From: Deltaproteobacteria bacterium
GTDB taxonomy: Bacteria > Desulfobacterota > Syntrophia > Syntrophales > UBA5619
Assembly: GCA_023487865.1 (NCBI GenBank)
Contig: JAMDBG010000032.1
Coordinates: 1-59,242, forward strand
Direction of reading: 5' to 3'
DNA length: 59,242 nt
Shown: one piece after another, positions 28,035-37,137 of the stretch
Layout: every line of letters begins with the position of its first letter
Numbering within the stretch: the stretch's first letter is position 1
Made by a program: the position numbers and the translations under genes
The notes under the pieces: model-generated
What the model was told of the DNA's origin: nothing
The model's database searches: none
What the model saw: only the letters and a program-made list of their open reading frames with translations

Positions 28035-29261
28035 ATGGGAAGCGCAATATCAATCGGTCAGACTGGTCTCGCGGCCAGTTCAAAACAGATGGAGGTGATC
28101 GGCAACAATTTAGCGAACTCCAACACGGTAGGCTTCAAAGCCAGTAATACTTTATTTGCTAATATGATGAACCAGGGTCTATCCAGTGCCGGATCCTTGG
28201 CCGCCGGACAGGGAGTCGCGGTCACCAGCATGCCGACCCAGTTCGCGCAGGGGTCTTTTGAAAACACAAGCAGTGCCACTGATATGGCCATCGACGGTGA
28301 AGGATTCTTCATGCTGAAGGATACCAGCGGTACCATACTCTATTCTCGAGCAGGCGCGTTTCACATCGATAAAGAGGGCAATCTTGTAGATGGCAAAGGA
28401 TTCAAAGTACAAGGTTATTCGATAGAAGATGACATTTTATCGACTGTACCAGGAAATATCTTTCTGCAGAAAGCCAAGGATGCTACACCGACAAAAGAGA
28501 TAAGCTTCGGGGCCAATTTTAATGAAACCACTGCTGTTGCAGGAGAATTCAACGTGTCACAGAGCGTTTATGACTCAAAAGGGGGAGCCCATACCTTGTC
28601 TTTCACCTTTACGAAGACAGCCACAGCAGGCGAATGGACTTATACGGTGACATTTGATGGCGTAGCCACCGGGGCAGGCAATAATGGTACCATACAATTC
28701 GCAGCGGACGGCACTTATACACCCGTGGCTGATAGGACGATTACCATCAATAGCGCCGATCCGCTCATCGCCGCCAAACTCAAGGGTGCGACGATCGGAA
28801 CCGCAGGTGCTATTACTTGGGCTCTCTTCACCAAACCCACTGAGGAACTTACCGGTTATGCCAGCACCTCTGTCGTCAGATCTCTCAATTCCGACGGCTT
28901 CGCCTCCGGAGACCTGAGGAGTTTAAGCATTGACAGCAACGGGGTCATTAGTGGCGTGTATACAAATGGCGAAGTTGTAGAACTGGCTCAGGTCTGCTTG
29001 GCAAACTTTGAGGACCAAACCATGCTCAAGAAGAATGGGAACTATTTCGGGGAAACTTCCGGTTCCGGGAAAGCCACACCGAATCCTGCGGGAACCGCTG
29101 GACTCGGTGAAATCCAGGCTTACTCCCTTGAGGTTTCCAACACAGATGTCGCCAAGGAATTTATCAATATGATCACGGCTCAACGAGCCTACCAGGCCAG
29201 TGCGAAAGTCATCACCACCGCCGATAATATGCTCACAGAGCTTATGAACATCAAACGTTAA
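28035..29261 (+). CDS. flgE: flagellar hook protein FlgE
   Basis: 408 aa; N-terminal GLAASSKQMEVIGNNLANSNTVGFK; C-terminal VSNTDVAKEFINMITAQRAYQASAKVITTADNML. Confidence 0.93.
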   Translation: MGSAISIGQTGLAASSKQMEVIGNNLANSNTVGFKASNTLFANMMNQGLSSAGSLAAGQGVAVTSMPTQFAQGSFENTSSATDMAIDGEGFFMLKDTSGTILYSRAGAFHIDKEGNLVDGKGFKVQGYSIEDDILSTVPGNIFLQKAKDATPTKEISFGANFNETTAVAGEFNVSQSVYDSKGGAHTLSFTFTKTATAGEWTYTVTFDGVATGAGNNGTIQFAADGTYTPVADRTITINSADPLIAAKLKGATIGTAGAITWALFTKPTEELTGYASTSVVRSLNSDGFASGDLRSLSIDSNGVISGVYTNGEVVELAQVCLANFEDQTMLKKNGNYFGETSGSGKATPNPAGTAGLGEIQAYSLEVSNTDVAKEFINMITAQRAYQASAKVITTADNMLTELMNIKR

Positions 29262-29272
29262 CATGAACCACC

Positions 29273-29306
29273 GGACAGGATCAGGAATATTTTCCTGATC
29301 CTGTCC
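29273..29306 (+). terminator. strong stem-loop after flgE (probable terminator or processing site)
   Basis: GGACAGGATCAGGA-atattt-TCCTGATCCTGTCC, a 14-bp perfect stem. No clear T-tract follows. Confidence 0.55.
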
Positions 29307-29388
29307 TCCATAAAATAAGCTTGACTGGAATCATGATTTCATATTAATAATACATATTATATAAAATTGTCCCCATCGAAGGTAATAG

Positions 29389-29634
29389 ATGGATATTAAA
29401 GTGCATGGCCTTGGAAGCTCTCCTGTCCTTCCGGCACAAAGGCTCGAACTGCCGGAACAGCAAATCCATGCCGCTTTTTATCCCCCTTTACCTTTGCGCA
29501 CTGACGAAATCATCGATTACATCGAAATTCAATCCAACAATTATCAACCGGCATCCACCCCACCCTCCTCCTATCTGATTCGCACCGACAAACCTGCCCA
29601 GGCCAAAGGAACATTCATCGACGTATGGATTTGA
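29389..29634 (+). CDS. hypothetical 81-aa protein at the position occupied by flbD in flgE-flbD-motA-motB clusters
   Basis: ORF with a weak GAAGG RBS. No convincing family motif; only a faint DEIIDYIEIQSNN resemblance to the FlbD core. Confidence 0.3.
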   Translation: MDIKVHGLGSSPVLPAQRLELPEQQIHAAFYPPLPLRTDEIIDYIEIQSNNYQPASTPPSSYLIRTDKPAQAKGTFIDVWI

Positions 29635-29730
29635 CATTCACGTCAATACTTTGACGATTTTTCTGGATGTTCTTTCTTTTTTTCATCTGAATCTCACTTG
29701 GTTACCCAATCCAATATCGCTATTGCTTCT

Positions 29731-29746
29731 TGGCATATTCCTTGCT
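29731..29746 (+). promoter_or_regulatory. sigma-54 promoter (TGGCAT-N5-TTGCT) for the second stator / fliL-fliA operon
   Basis: TGGCATATTCCTTGCT with GG-N10-GC spacing, 48 nt upstream of the GTG start at 29794. Confidence 0.7.
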
Positions 29747-29793
29747 GAATATTTAATAGCATGTAGTGCATAACATCATTCATTGAGGAATAT

Positions 29794-30570
29794 GTGGATT
29801 TTGCAACGATTATAGGGATTATCGGCGGCTTCGGCCTTGTGATCATCGCCATGGTGTCTGGGGGTGGCTTTGCTTGGTTCGTTGACTGGCCATCTGCCAT
29901 GATTGTATTGGGAGGTACCTTTGGCGCTGTCTTAATCAATTATCCCATCTCTGATGTATTGGGGGTTATCAAAGTGGCAAAAAACGCCTTTCGGGGCAAG
30001 AAACAACAGGCAGACGTTGTTATCAATCGACTTGTTGAAATGTCCAAAGTATCCCGCCGTGATGGCCTCATATCGCTCCAGAGACTGATCCAGGAAAATA
30101 AGGAAAGGGATCCCTTCCTGATTAAAGCAATCAATCTTGTTGTAGACGGTATTGATCCTCTTCATGTGTCTGATATTATGCAAACTGAGCTTGATTCTCT
30201 TTCGGAAAGACATCGGCTGGGAGCAGAAATTTTTACTACCATGGGTAATTTTGCACCGGCTATGGGTCTTGTCGGTACATTAATCGGGCTGGTCCAAATG
30301 CTCAAACAAATGAACAGTCCCGGCACAATCGGTCCGGCCATGGCTGTAGCTTTGATCACCACCTTTTATGGGGTTATCTTGGCCAATCTCGTATTTCTGC
30401 CTATTGCGGGTAAGCTTAAAACCAAAAGTTCACAGGAGCTTTTATTGAAGCAGCTTATTATTAATGGGATACTATCCATTCAATCCGGGGATAATCCAAG
30501 AGTCCTCGAGCAAAAGCTCCATTCATACATTGCTCCTCGGGAAAGAAAGTCGCGTTTTTATCATGATTAG
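29794..30570 (+). CDS. motA: second flagellar stator A subunit (MotA/PomA-like)
   Basis: 258 aa; GTG start with GAGGA RBS. MDFATIIGIIGGFGLVIIAMVSGG N-terminus. GNFAPAMGLVGTLIGLVQML and FYGVILANLVFLPIAGKL channel helices. Confidence 0.88.
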   Translation: MDFATIIGIIGGFGLVIIAMVSGGGFAWFVDWPSAMIVLGGTFGAVLINYPISDVLGVIKVAKNAFRGKKQQADVVINRLVEMSKVSRRDGLISLQRLIQENKERDPFLIKAINLVVDGIDPLHVSDIMQTELDSLSERHRLGAEIFTTMGNFAPAMGLVGTLIGLVQMLKQMNSPGTIGPAMAVALITTFYGVILANLVFLPIAGKLKTKSSQELLLKQLIINGILSIQSGDNPRVLEQKLHSYIAPRERKSRFYHD

Positions 30571-31201
30571 ACAGACCAAACAAAATGTGATTGAACCACT
30601 TCCGCAATGGCAAACGATTTACTGTTCTCTGATGCTTCTACTCGTTGTTTTTTTTGTGATGTTGATAGCCTATTCCACTATCGATAAAGACAAGTTTATG
30701 CAAATCAAAGAACTCACACACATAGTGCAAAATATTTCGCAGCCAGTGCCGGATATGAATCATGCAATGCAATCTTTGAAGCAATTGGCAGTCAATCTGG
30801 AAATGAACAACGATTTTGCCATCATTAAAACAAATGACGGCTTCAAGGCAGTCTTCCCAAATCCGGTTCTATTTGGATCCGGGGATGCATCACTCAACGA
30901 GACTGTATATTCTGTGCTCGACGGCATCATTAGAATTGCAAAACATAACAATTTGTCGATTCAGGTAGAAGGACATACAGACAATCTGCCGATTGAAACA
31001 GCGAAATTTCCTTCGAATTGGGAATTGTCTACGATGCGGGCTGTCAATATTCTGAGATATTTACAGAACAATGGCGGCATCCCCGCGAGCAGATTGGTAG
31101 CCGTCGGCTTTGCTGAATATCAGCCGACAGCTAGCAATAACACGCCGGAAGGACGTCGAAATAATCGGCGGATTGTGATTCTTTTCAGGCCGGAAATATG
31201 A
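30563..31201 (+). CDS. MotB/PomB-like OmpA-domain protein lacking the conserved channel Asp
   Basis: The ATG at 30563 overlaps the motA stop. TM segment WQTIYCSLMLLLVVFFVML aligns with WKVAYADFVTAMMAFF but has Ser (codon 30626-30628) where the Asp should be. C-terminal VEGHTDNLP..FPSNWELSTMRA..NRRIVI OmpA-like domain. Confidence 0.8.
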   Translation: MIRQTKQNVIEPLPQWQTIYCSLMLLLVVFFVMLIAYSTIDKDKFMQIKELTHIVQNISQPVPDMNHAMQSLKQLAVNLEMNNDFAIIKTNDGFKAVFPNPVLFGSGDASLNETVYSVLDGIIRIAKHNNLSIQVEGHTDNLPIETAKFPSNWELSTMRAVNILRYLQNNGGIPASRLVAVGFAEYQPTASNNTPEGRRNNRRIVILFRPEI

Positions 31202-31803
31202 CAATACCGAACCATATGAACCAAATCCAGACAAGGACATGGCAGATGAGTTTCAACGATCTTTTGACCGTCCTGCTGACTTTCTTTATCCTCCTCGTTT
31301 CCGCGTCGGAAATAAACATAAATAAAGTCCAGGATTTATCGTTTTCTGCTGCAGATGTTTTTGGATCAAAGAAATATGAAGATCAACATAATCTGTTGAT
31401 CCGGACAATTGGTACTATGGATGGAATTAATGTTCATCCTGTTAAGGGTGGGCTCTTGATTAAACTCTCTGAATCCTTGGTTTACCAATCCGGATCAGCA
31501 GACATCATACACAAAGACATGTTAAGGGAACTGGGTAACAAACTCAGAACAGTGGCTAGAACTATCCGTGTTGAAGGACATACGGATTCAATTCCTGTCG
31601 CCAATGAAACATTCCCGTCAAATTGGGAATTATCCACTCAACGGGCTGTAAATGTAGTGAAATTTCTTGCCAACGAGTGCGGAATCGATCAGCGAAATCT
31701 ATCGGCGGCTGGATATGCCGATTCACGGCCAGTTGCCTCCAATGACAACCCTGAAGGCAGAGCGCTAAACAGACGAGTAAATATGATTGTCTCATTAAAG
31801 TGA
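31198..31803 (+). CDS. motB: MotB/PomB-like stator B subunit with the conserved Asp
   Basis: 4-nt overlap (ATGA) with the upstream gene. TM segment WQMSFNDLLTVLLTFFILLV carries Asp at codon 31258-31260. C-terminal VEGHTDSIP..FPSNWELSTQRA..NRRVNM. Confidence 0.85.
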   Translation: MTIPNHMNQIQTRTWQMSFNDLLTVLLTFFILLVSASEININKVQDLSFSAADVFGSKKYEDQHNLLIRTIGTMDGINVHPVKGGLLIKLSESLVYQSGSADIIHKDMLRELGNKLRTVARTIRVEGHTDSIPVANETFPSNWELSTQRAVNVVKFLANECGIDQRNLSAAGYADSRPVASNDNPEGRALNRRVNMIVSLK

Positions 31804-31810
31804 GGGGATT

Positions 31811-32296
31811 ATGGCAAAAGACAAAAAAGAAGTTGAGGAAGAAGAAAAACCGGTAGAACCAAAGAAAAAGTCCATATTAAAATGGATTATCATCTTATCA
31901 GTCCTTTTGGCAATCATCATAGCCGGAACAATTTCTGGATTTTACTTTTTCACAAAAACAGAGAATAAAAAGACTGCAGTCGAAAAAACAGTTGCATTAA
32001 CCGTTTGGCCGATGGATGCATTTATCATTAATATTGCCGAGACCAACGGAGAAAGATATCTGAAGATCGTCATGCAACTGGAGGTTTCCGACCCCTCTGT
32101 AATTAGCGAACTCGAGCAGCTAAAGCCGCGCCTTCGTGATAGTATACTCGATTTACTGACACCTAAAACATATAAAGAATTGATGGATCTTTCCGGAAAA
32201 CAGCGACTCCGTGAAGACATCGCAGGACGAATCAATAATATTCTTCAACGAGGTAAAGTGACTAAAGTTTATTTCACGGATTTCGTTATTCAATAA
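31811..32296 (+). CDS. fliL: flagellar basal body-associated protein FliL
   Basis: 161 aa; Lys/Glu-rich N-terminus, single TM segment, YLKIVMQLEVSD and VTKVYFTDFVIQ C-terminus typical of FliL. Confidence 0.88.
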   Translation: MAKDKKEVEEEEKPVEPKKKSILKWIIILSVLLAIIIAGTISGFYFFTKTENKKTAVEKTVALTVWPMDAFIINIAETNGERYLKIVMQLEVSDPSVISELEQLKPRLRDSILDLLTPKTYKELMDLSGKQRLREDIAGRINNILQRGKVTKVYFTDFVIQ

Positions 32297-32313
32297 CAAC
32301 AGGGAGTCTTATC

Positions 32314-33315
32314 GTGGCAAATATCTTATCTCAAGAAGAAGTTGATGCCCTGTTGAGGGGTATATCAGGTGGTGAGATTGAGACCGAAGTGGTGGACCTT
32401 CAGGGCCCTTCGGATGTCATGACCTATGACCTGACAAGTCAGGACAGGATTATCCGTGGGCGCATGCCGACATTGGAGATGACCAATGAGAAGTTTGCCA
32501 GGATGTTCCGTACAACATTATCCTCCTTGCTTCGCAAGGTTACAAGTGTGAACGCTATTTCAACCGATATGGTCAAGTTCGGGGAATTTCTAAAATCGAT
32601 TCCTGTTCCAACCAGTATGCACCTATTCAAGCTAGAGCCTTTGCGTGGCAGTGCTTTAATTATTGTTGAATCTAAAATTATCTTTATGCTTGTGGATATC
32701 ATTTTTGGCGGCTCGGGAAGAAGTGCTTTTAAAATCGAAGGTAGGGAGTTTACAGCGATTGAAAGCAACATTATCAAAAAGGTCATATTAAGTGCACTTG
32801 GTGATCTTGAGAAGGCATGGCAATCTCTTATTGGTTTGAAAGTCTCCTACCAGCGTTCGGAAATCAATCCTCAATTCGTCCAACTGGTTCCTCCAACTGA
32901 TGTCGTCATTGTGTCCAATTTTGAGATTGAGGTGGAATATTCTTCGGGCACTATTTCCGTTTGTATTCCTTATTCAACACTCGAACCGCTTCGGGATCGG
33001 TTACAGGCAGGTTATCAAAGTGAGCAACTTGAGGTCGATAAAACCTGGATTAATCGGTTTAAGGGAGGGCTGCTTGCATCAAAAATCGACCTTACCGCTC
33101 GTCTGGGAAGCACGGAAATTAATGCCGGTGAAGTCATAAGCCTAAAAAAAGGGGATGTTATTCCCCTGTCTCAATGTATGTTAGATCCGCTAAATGTCTA
33201 TGTTGAAGGGGTGCTGAAATTCAGAGGTCGCCCCGTCATCTATAAAGGCAATCAAGCGATACAAGTTTCGCAAATCATTTCAAATGACGAGGTAATTGAT
33301 TATGGAACAGAGTGA
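32314..33315 (+). CDS. fliM: flagellar motor switch protein FliM
   Basis: 333 aa; GTG start. N-terminal CheY-P docking peptide LSQEEVDALL. FliM middle domain and C-terminal SpoA-like domain. Confidence 0.92.
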   Translation: MANILSQEEVDALLRGISGGEIETEVVDLQGPSDVMTYDLTSQDRIIRGRMPTLEMTNEKFARMFRTTLSSLLRKVTSVNAISTDMVKFGEFLKSIPVPTSMHLFKLEPLRGSALIIVESKIIFMLVDIIFGGSGRSAFKIEGREFTAIESNIIKKVILSALGDLEKAWQSLIGLKVSYQRSEINPQFVQLVPPTDVVIVSNFEIEVEYSSGTISVCIPYSTLEPLRDRLQAGYQSEQLEVDKTWINRFKGGLLASKIDLTARLGSTEINAGEVISLKKGDVIPLSQCMLDPLNVYVEGVLKFRGRPVIYKGNQAIQVSQIISNDEVIDYGTE

Positions 33316-33769
33316 AATTGATGCCCTTTTAAAAAATGGTTCAATGGCCGAATCACCTGACAACCCTAAGAAAAGCGACGATGAACTTCAATGGGATGAT
33401 GTACAGAACGAGCTCGAACAATCTCAATCTCCAAAATCACCCATTGAAACCAGGGAAGTAAGTGCTGCCTCCTTCGAAGAAATTCAGAAAGGAGAAATAC
33501 CTAAATCCACACTTGATTTGGATTTTATTCTCGACATCCCCCTATTCCTAACAGTTGAATTGGGTCGCAACAGAATGTTGATAAGTGAACTCCTGCAATT
33601 GGGACAAGGATCTGTCGTTGAACTGACAAAACTGGCTGGAGAACCGATGGATGTCTATGTCAATCAGAGGCTCATTGCTCGCGGTGAAGTAGTTGTTGTC
33701 AATGAAAAATTCGGGGTTCGACTTACAGACATCGTTTCACCGGCCGAACGGATCAATAAACTGAAGTAG
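33302..33769 (+). CDS. fliN: flagellar motor switch protein FliN
   Basis: C-terminal SpoA domain LDFILDIPLFLTVELGRNRMLISELLQLGQGSVVELTKLAGEPMDVYVNQRLIARGEVVVVNEKFGVRLTDI. ATG at 33302 preferred over TTG at 33296. Confidence 0.9.
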   Translation: MEQSEIDALLKNGSMAESPDNPKKSDDELQWDDVQNELEQSQSPKSPIETREVSAASFEEIQKGEIPKSTLDLDFILDIPLFLTVELGRNRMLISELLQLGQGSVVELTKLAGEPMDVYVNQRLIARGEVVVVNEKFGVRLTDIVSPAERINKLK

Positions 33770-33780
33770 GAGAAAATTCC

Positions 33781-34170
33781 TTGGATACTATCAGCTTTTT
33801 CTGGTCATTTTTCAAAATGCTAACCGCCCTTGCGGTTGTGATCGCTTTGATGATCATGGCGATGTATTTGCTGAAAAAGTACTTCTACCAACCTTCTGCT
33901 GCAGTCAATGGGAACTCGATGATCCATATAATATCTACCTGTCATCTGAGCCCAAAAAACAGCATTCTGTTGGTCGATGTCCTTGGGCAAGTCATGTTAT
34001 TGGGTGTTTCAAATCATCAGATGTCAATACTTGGTACGATTACAGATCCTGTGGCAATGGAAAATTTAAAGAATTTTCACCTCACAAAAAAATCACTTCC
34101 CACATCCGATACCCTTTCCCGATATAAATCTCTATTGCGGAATATCGGTCAGATGAGAAAGAGTAAATAA
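33781..34170 (+). CDS. fliO: flagellar biosynthesis protein FliO
   Basis: 129 aa with a single TM segment (LTALAVVIALMIMAMYLL), located between fliN and fliP. TTG start; alternative ATG at 33817. Confidence 0.7.
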   Translation: MDTISFFWSFFKMLTALAVVIALMIMAMYLLKKYFYQPSAAVNGNSMIHIISTCHLSPKNSILLVDVLGQVMLLGVSNHQMSILGTITDPVAMENLKNFHLTKKSLPTSDTLSRYKSLLRNIGQMRKSK

Positions 34171-34173
34171 AGA

Positions 34174-34929
34174 ATGCAACATAAACACCTCACCGTCATC
34201 ATCTCCATGATACTGATCCTTCTGCCGGCTTTCTCTGCATTCGCAGAACCCATTCCCCTTCCCAATATCAGTCTGAACATTGGCGGTAATGCCGATCAGG
34301 GTAAAGCTGCAACCGTTGTTCAATTACTACTAATACTGACGGTTCTTTCGCTCGCTCCCGCTATATTGCTGATGCTCACTTCTTTTACACGGATTCTTAT
34401 TGTGCTTTCACTTCTAAGACACGCGCTCGGCACACAACAGATGCCCTCCAATCAGATCGTCATCGGTTTGGCGCTGTTCCTTACATTTTTTATTATGGCG
34501 CCTGTCTGGCAACAGGTCAATGAAGAAGCGTTGAAACCGTATTACGACGATAAGATCTCCGGAGAGGAAGCTTTCAGTCTTGCCGCCACACCGATAAAAA
34601 ATTTTATGCTGAAGCAGACCCGCGAAAAGGATCTCGCCTTGTTTGTCAGAATATCAAAAGAAAAAAGACCCGAAAAACCTTTAGATATATCATTGCCCGT
34701 ACTCATTCCCGCCTTCGTGATCAGTGAATTGAAAACGGCATTCCAAATTGGATTCTTAATTTTCCTGCCTTTTTTCATCATTGATATTGTCGTATCGAGT
34801 ATTCTCCTCTCCATGGGAATGATGATGCTACCGCCAATTATGATCAGCTTGCCATTTAAGCTACTTCTTTTTGTACTCGTCGATGGATGGTATTTGATTG
34901 TTGAATCTCTAGTGCGAAGTTTTAATTAA
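34174..34929 (+). CDS. fliP: flagellar export apparatus protein FliP
   Basis: 251 aa; signal peptide plus LTSFTRILIVLSLLRHALGTQQMPSNQIVIGLALFLTFFIMAPV. Confidence 0.95.
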   Translation: MQHKHLTVIISMILILLPAFSAFAEPIPLPNISLNIGGNADQGKAATVVQLLLILTVLSLAPAILLMLTSFTRILIVLSLLRHALGTQQMPSNQIVIGLALFLTFFIMAPVWQQVNEEALKPYYDDKISGEEAFSLAATPIKNFMLKQTREKDLALFVRISKEKRPEKPLDISLPVLIPAFVISELKTAFQIGFLIFLPFFIIDIVVSSILLSMGMMMLPPIMISLPFKLLLFVLVDGWYLIVESLVRSFN

Positions 34930-34948
34930 CCTATGGAGGAACTCGATT

Positions 34949-35218
34949 ATGAGTGTTGATTTTATTGTGGGAATAATGGCAGAAACCATAAGGATCACCT
35001 TGATGATATCTGCACCTGTACTACTTGTGGGTCTGATCGTCGGTGTTGTCATAAGTCTGTTTCAAGCCGTTACGCAGGTGCAGGAAATGACCCTTGTGTT
35101 TGTTCCTAAAATCGTTGTCTGCCTTATTACGCTGGTGGCTGTCCTCCCTTGGATGATTAATATTCTCGTATCATTCACACATAATCTGCTAACCAATATC
35201 CCCACCTATATCAAATAG
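34949..35218 (+). CDS. fliQ: flagellar export apparatus protein FliQ
   Basis: 89 aa with two TM segments; SLFQAVTQVQEMTLVFVPK motif. Confidence 0.93.
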   Translation: MSVDFIVGIMAETIRITLMISAPVLLVGLIVGVVISLFQAVTQVQEMTLVFVPKIVVCLITLVAVLPWMINILVSFTHNLLTNIPTYIK

Positions 35219-35238
35219 AGAAAATAACAGGGATAACG

Positions 35239-36009
35239 ATGATTAGCTTAGAGCAAATTTTTATATTTACTTTAGTTTTCCTAAGAATTAGTGCCCTTCT
35301 CATCATGATCCCCGTTATTGGAGAAAGGACCGTTCCTCTCCGTGTGAAAGGAGGGCTGGCAATTCTGCTTTCCCTGCTCGTTTTTCCCACTGCAGGCGTG
35401 GATATGAACAGTCTTCAAACGGGGGATGAAATCTTAGCCCTTGCCATTGCTATGATCGGCGAGGTGATGATCGGTATTGTTATCGGATTAGCAACCAAAA
35501 TCATTTTTGCAGGTATTCAGTTCGCGGGAGAAATGATTGGAATCCAGATAGGATTTTCCATCGTCAACGTCATTGATCCGGTTTCTAGTTCACAGGTGTC
35601 AATAATAGCTGAATTTCAATACCTAATCGCCTTGCTCATCTATCTTGCCGTTGATGCACACCACACATTGATATTCGCTATCGTAGATAGTTATCGCATC
35701 GTATCTCCATTCAGTTATTATTTTTCCGGATCATTAGTTAAACACATTATTATGCTTTCAAAGGAATTATTCGTATTGGCTATAAAAATCAGTGCACCAA
35801 TCATGGCGGTGCTGCTTTTCACTAACGTTGCGCTGGGTGTAGTAGCCAGAACCGTCCCTCAGATTAATGTCTTCATCGTGGGCTTTCCTGTACAGATTGC
35901 GGTAGGATTGATTGTGTTTGGACTGACAGCACCAGTATTTGTATACATAGTTCAGAGAGTGCTTTCCAGTTTAAACGTTGAGGTATACACGCTATTACGT
36001 TTTATGTAA
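35239..36009 (+). CDS. fliR: flagellar export apparatus protein FliR
   Basis: 256-aa polytopic membrane protein; FLRISALLIMIPVIGERTVPLRVK N-terminus; position after fliQ. Confidence 0.92.
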   Translation: MISLEQIFIFTLVFLRISALLIMIPVIGERTVPLRVKGGLAILLSLLVFPTAGVDMNSLQTGDEILALAIAMIGEVMIGIVIGLATKIIFAGIQFAGEMIGIQIGFSIVNVIDPVSSSQVSIIAEFQYLIALLIYLAVDAHHTLIFAIVDSYRIVSPFSYYFSGSLVKHIIMLSKELFVLAIKISAPIMAVLLFTNVALGVVARTVPQINVFIVGFPVQIAVGLIVFGLTAPVFVYIVQRVLSSLNVEVYTLLRFM

Positions 36010-36060
36010 GTCCAGCGTAAATTTCTCAACGCTTATGTCATAAAACAGACGGATTACAAC

Positions 36061-37137
36061 ATGGCAGAAGATAATAAGGATCAGGAAAAAACCGAACAGG
36101 CAACATCCAAAAGAAGGCAGGACGCGCGCGAGAAAGGGCAGGTGGCCAAAAGCCGGGAACTTGCGTCGGTTGCCGTCCTTGGGGCTTGCCTCCTCTATTT
36201 CTACTTCGACGCAACTGTCATGGCAAAACGCCTGATGGACATGATGAAAATATCTTTTCGCACATCAGGTCGACTAACTATCACCATTGATACCGTCCAG
36301 TCCCTGTTGCTTGATCTCGTTTTTCAGATATTTATCCTTTTGGGCCCCTTCCTTTTAATTGTTCTCCTTGCCGGCTTTCTTGTCAATATCCTTCAGGTGG
36401 GCTTCCTTTTCTCATCCGAGTCGATAACCCCGAAATTCTCAAAAATTGACCCGATCAAAGGTTTTCAGAGACTCTTTTCACTGCGGTCCCTGGTAGAGTT
36501 TTTTAAGGTTATTCTTAAAATGGCGGTAGTGGGAATCGTTGCTTATCTAACGATCAAAGGTGAATTCAAGATGATTACACCTTTAATTGATCTCAATGTG
36601 AGCGATATTCTGAGCTTCATTGGGAAAGTGTCTTTCAAGATCCTCTATACAACCTGCTGGGTACTGGTCATACTTGCTGTTCTTGATTATGCCTATCAGA
36701 GATGGGAACATGAAAGAAGTCTGAGGATGTCCAAACAGGAAATAAAAGAGGAAAATAGGCAAACGGAAGGGGATCCTCTCGTTAAGGGAAGGATTAAAAG
36801 GCTCCAGAGGGAAATTGCCAGAAAAAGGATGATGGCAGCTGTACCCAAGGCGGATGTCATAATCACGAACCCCACACATCTTGCCGTTGCAATTCGTTAT
36901 CAAGCCGAAATCATGAATGCGCCCTGTGTGATCGCCAAAGGTGCTGGTTTTATTGCCGAAAGAATAAAGGAGATCGCAAGGAATAACGGCGTACCCGTAA
37001 TCGAAAATAAGCCGGTGGCACAAGTATTGTATAAGATGGTGGCTGTGGAGCAGGCGATCCCCACAAATTTGTACAAGGCGATCGCTGAGATTTTGGCTTA
37101 CGTCTACTCATTAAAGCAAAAGAGGGTTTTTGTCTAA
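36061..37137 (+). CDS. flhB: flagellar export switch protein FlhB
   Basis: 358 aa; N-terminal QEKTEQATSKRRQDAREKGQVAKSRE; autocleavage site NPTH (VIITNPTHLAVAIRY). Confidence 0.95.
   Translation: MAEDNKDQEKTEQATSKRRQDAREKGQVAKSRELASVAVLGACLLYFYFDATVMAKRLMDMMKISFRTSGRLTITIDTVQSLLLDLVFQIFILLGPFLLIVLLAGFLVNILQVGFLFSSESITPKFSKIDPIKGFQRLFSLRSLVEFFKVILKMAVVGIVAYLTIKGEFKMITPLIDLNVSDILSFIGKVSFKILYTTCWVLVILAVLDYAYQRWEHERSLRMSKQEIKEENRQTEGDPLVKGRIKRLQREIARKRMMAAVPKADVIITNPTHLAVAIRYQAEIMNAPCVIAKGAGFIAERIKEIARNNGVPVIENKPVAQVLYKMVAVEQAIPTNLYKAIAEILAYVYSLKQKRVFV

Noticed and set aside
29219-29226. An exact GCCGATAA octamer (sigma-28 -10 consensus) lies near the end of flgE.
   Set aside because: No TAAA sits at the 15-16 nt spacing upstream. 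It falls in the conserved ...TTADNML coding segment, so it is a coding coincidence.
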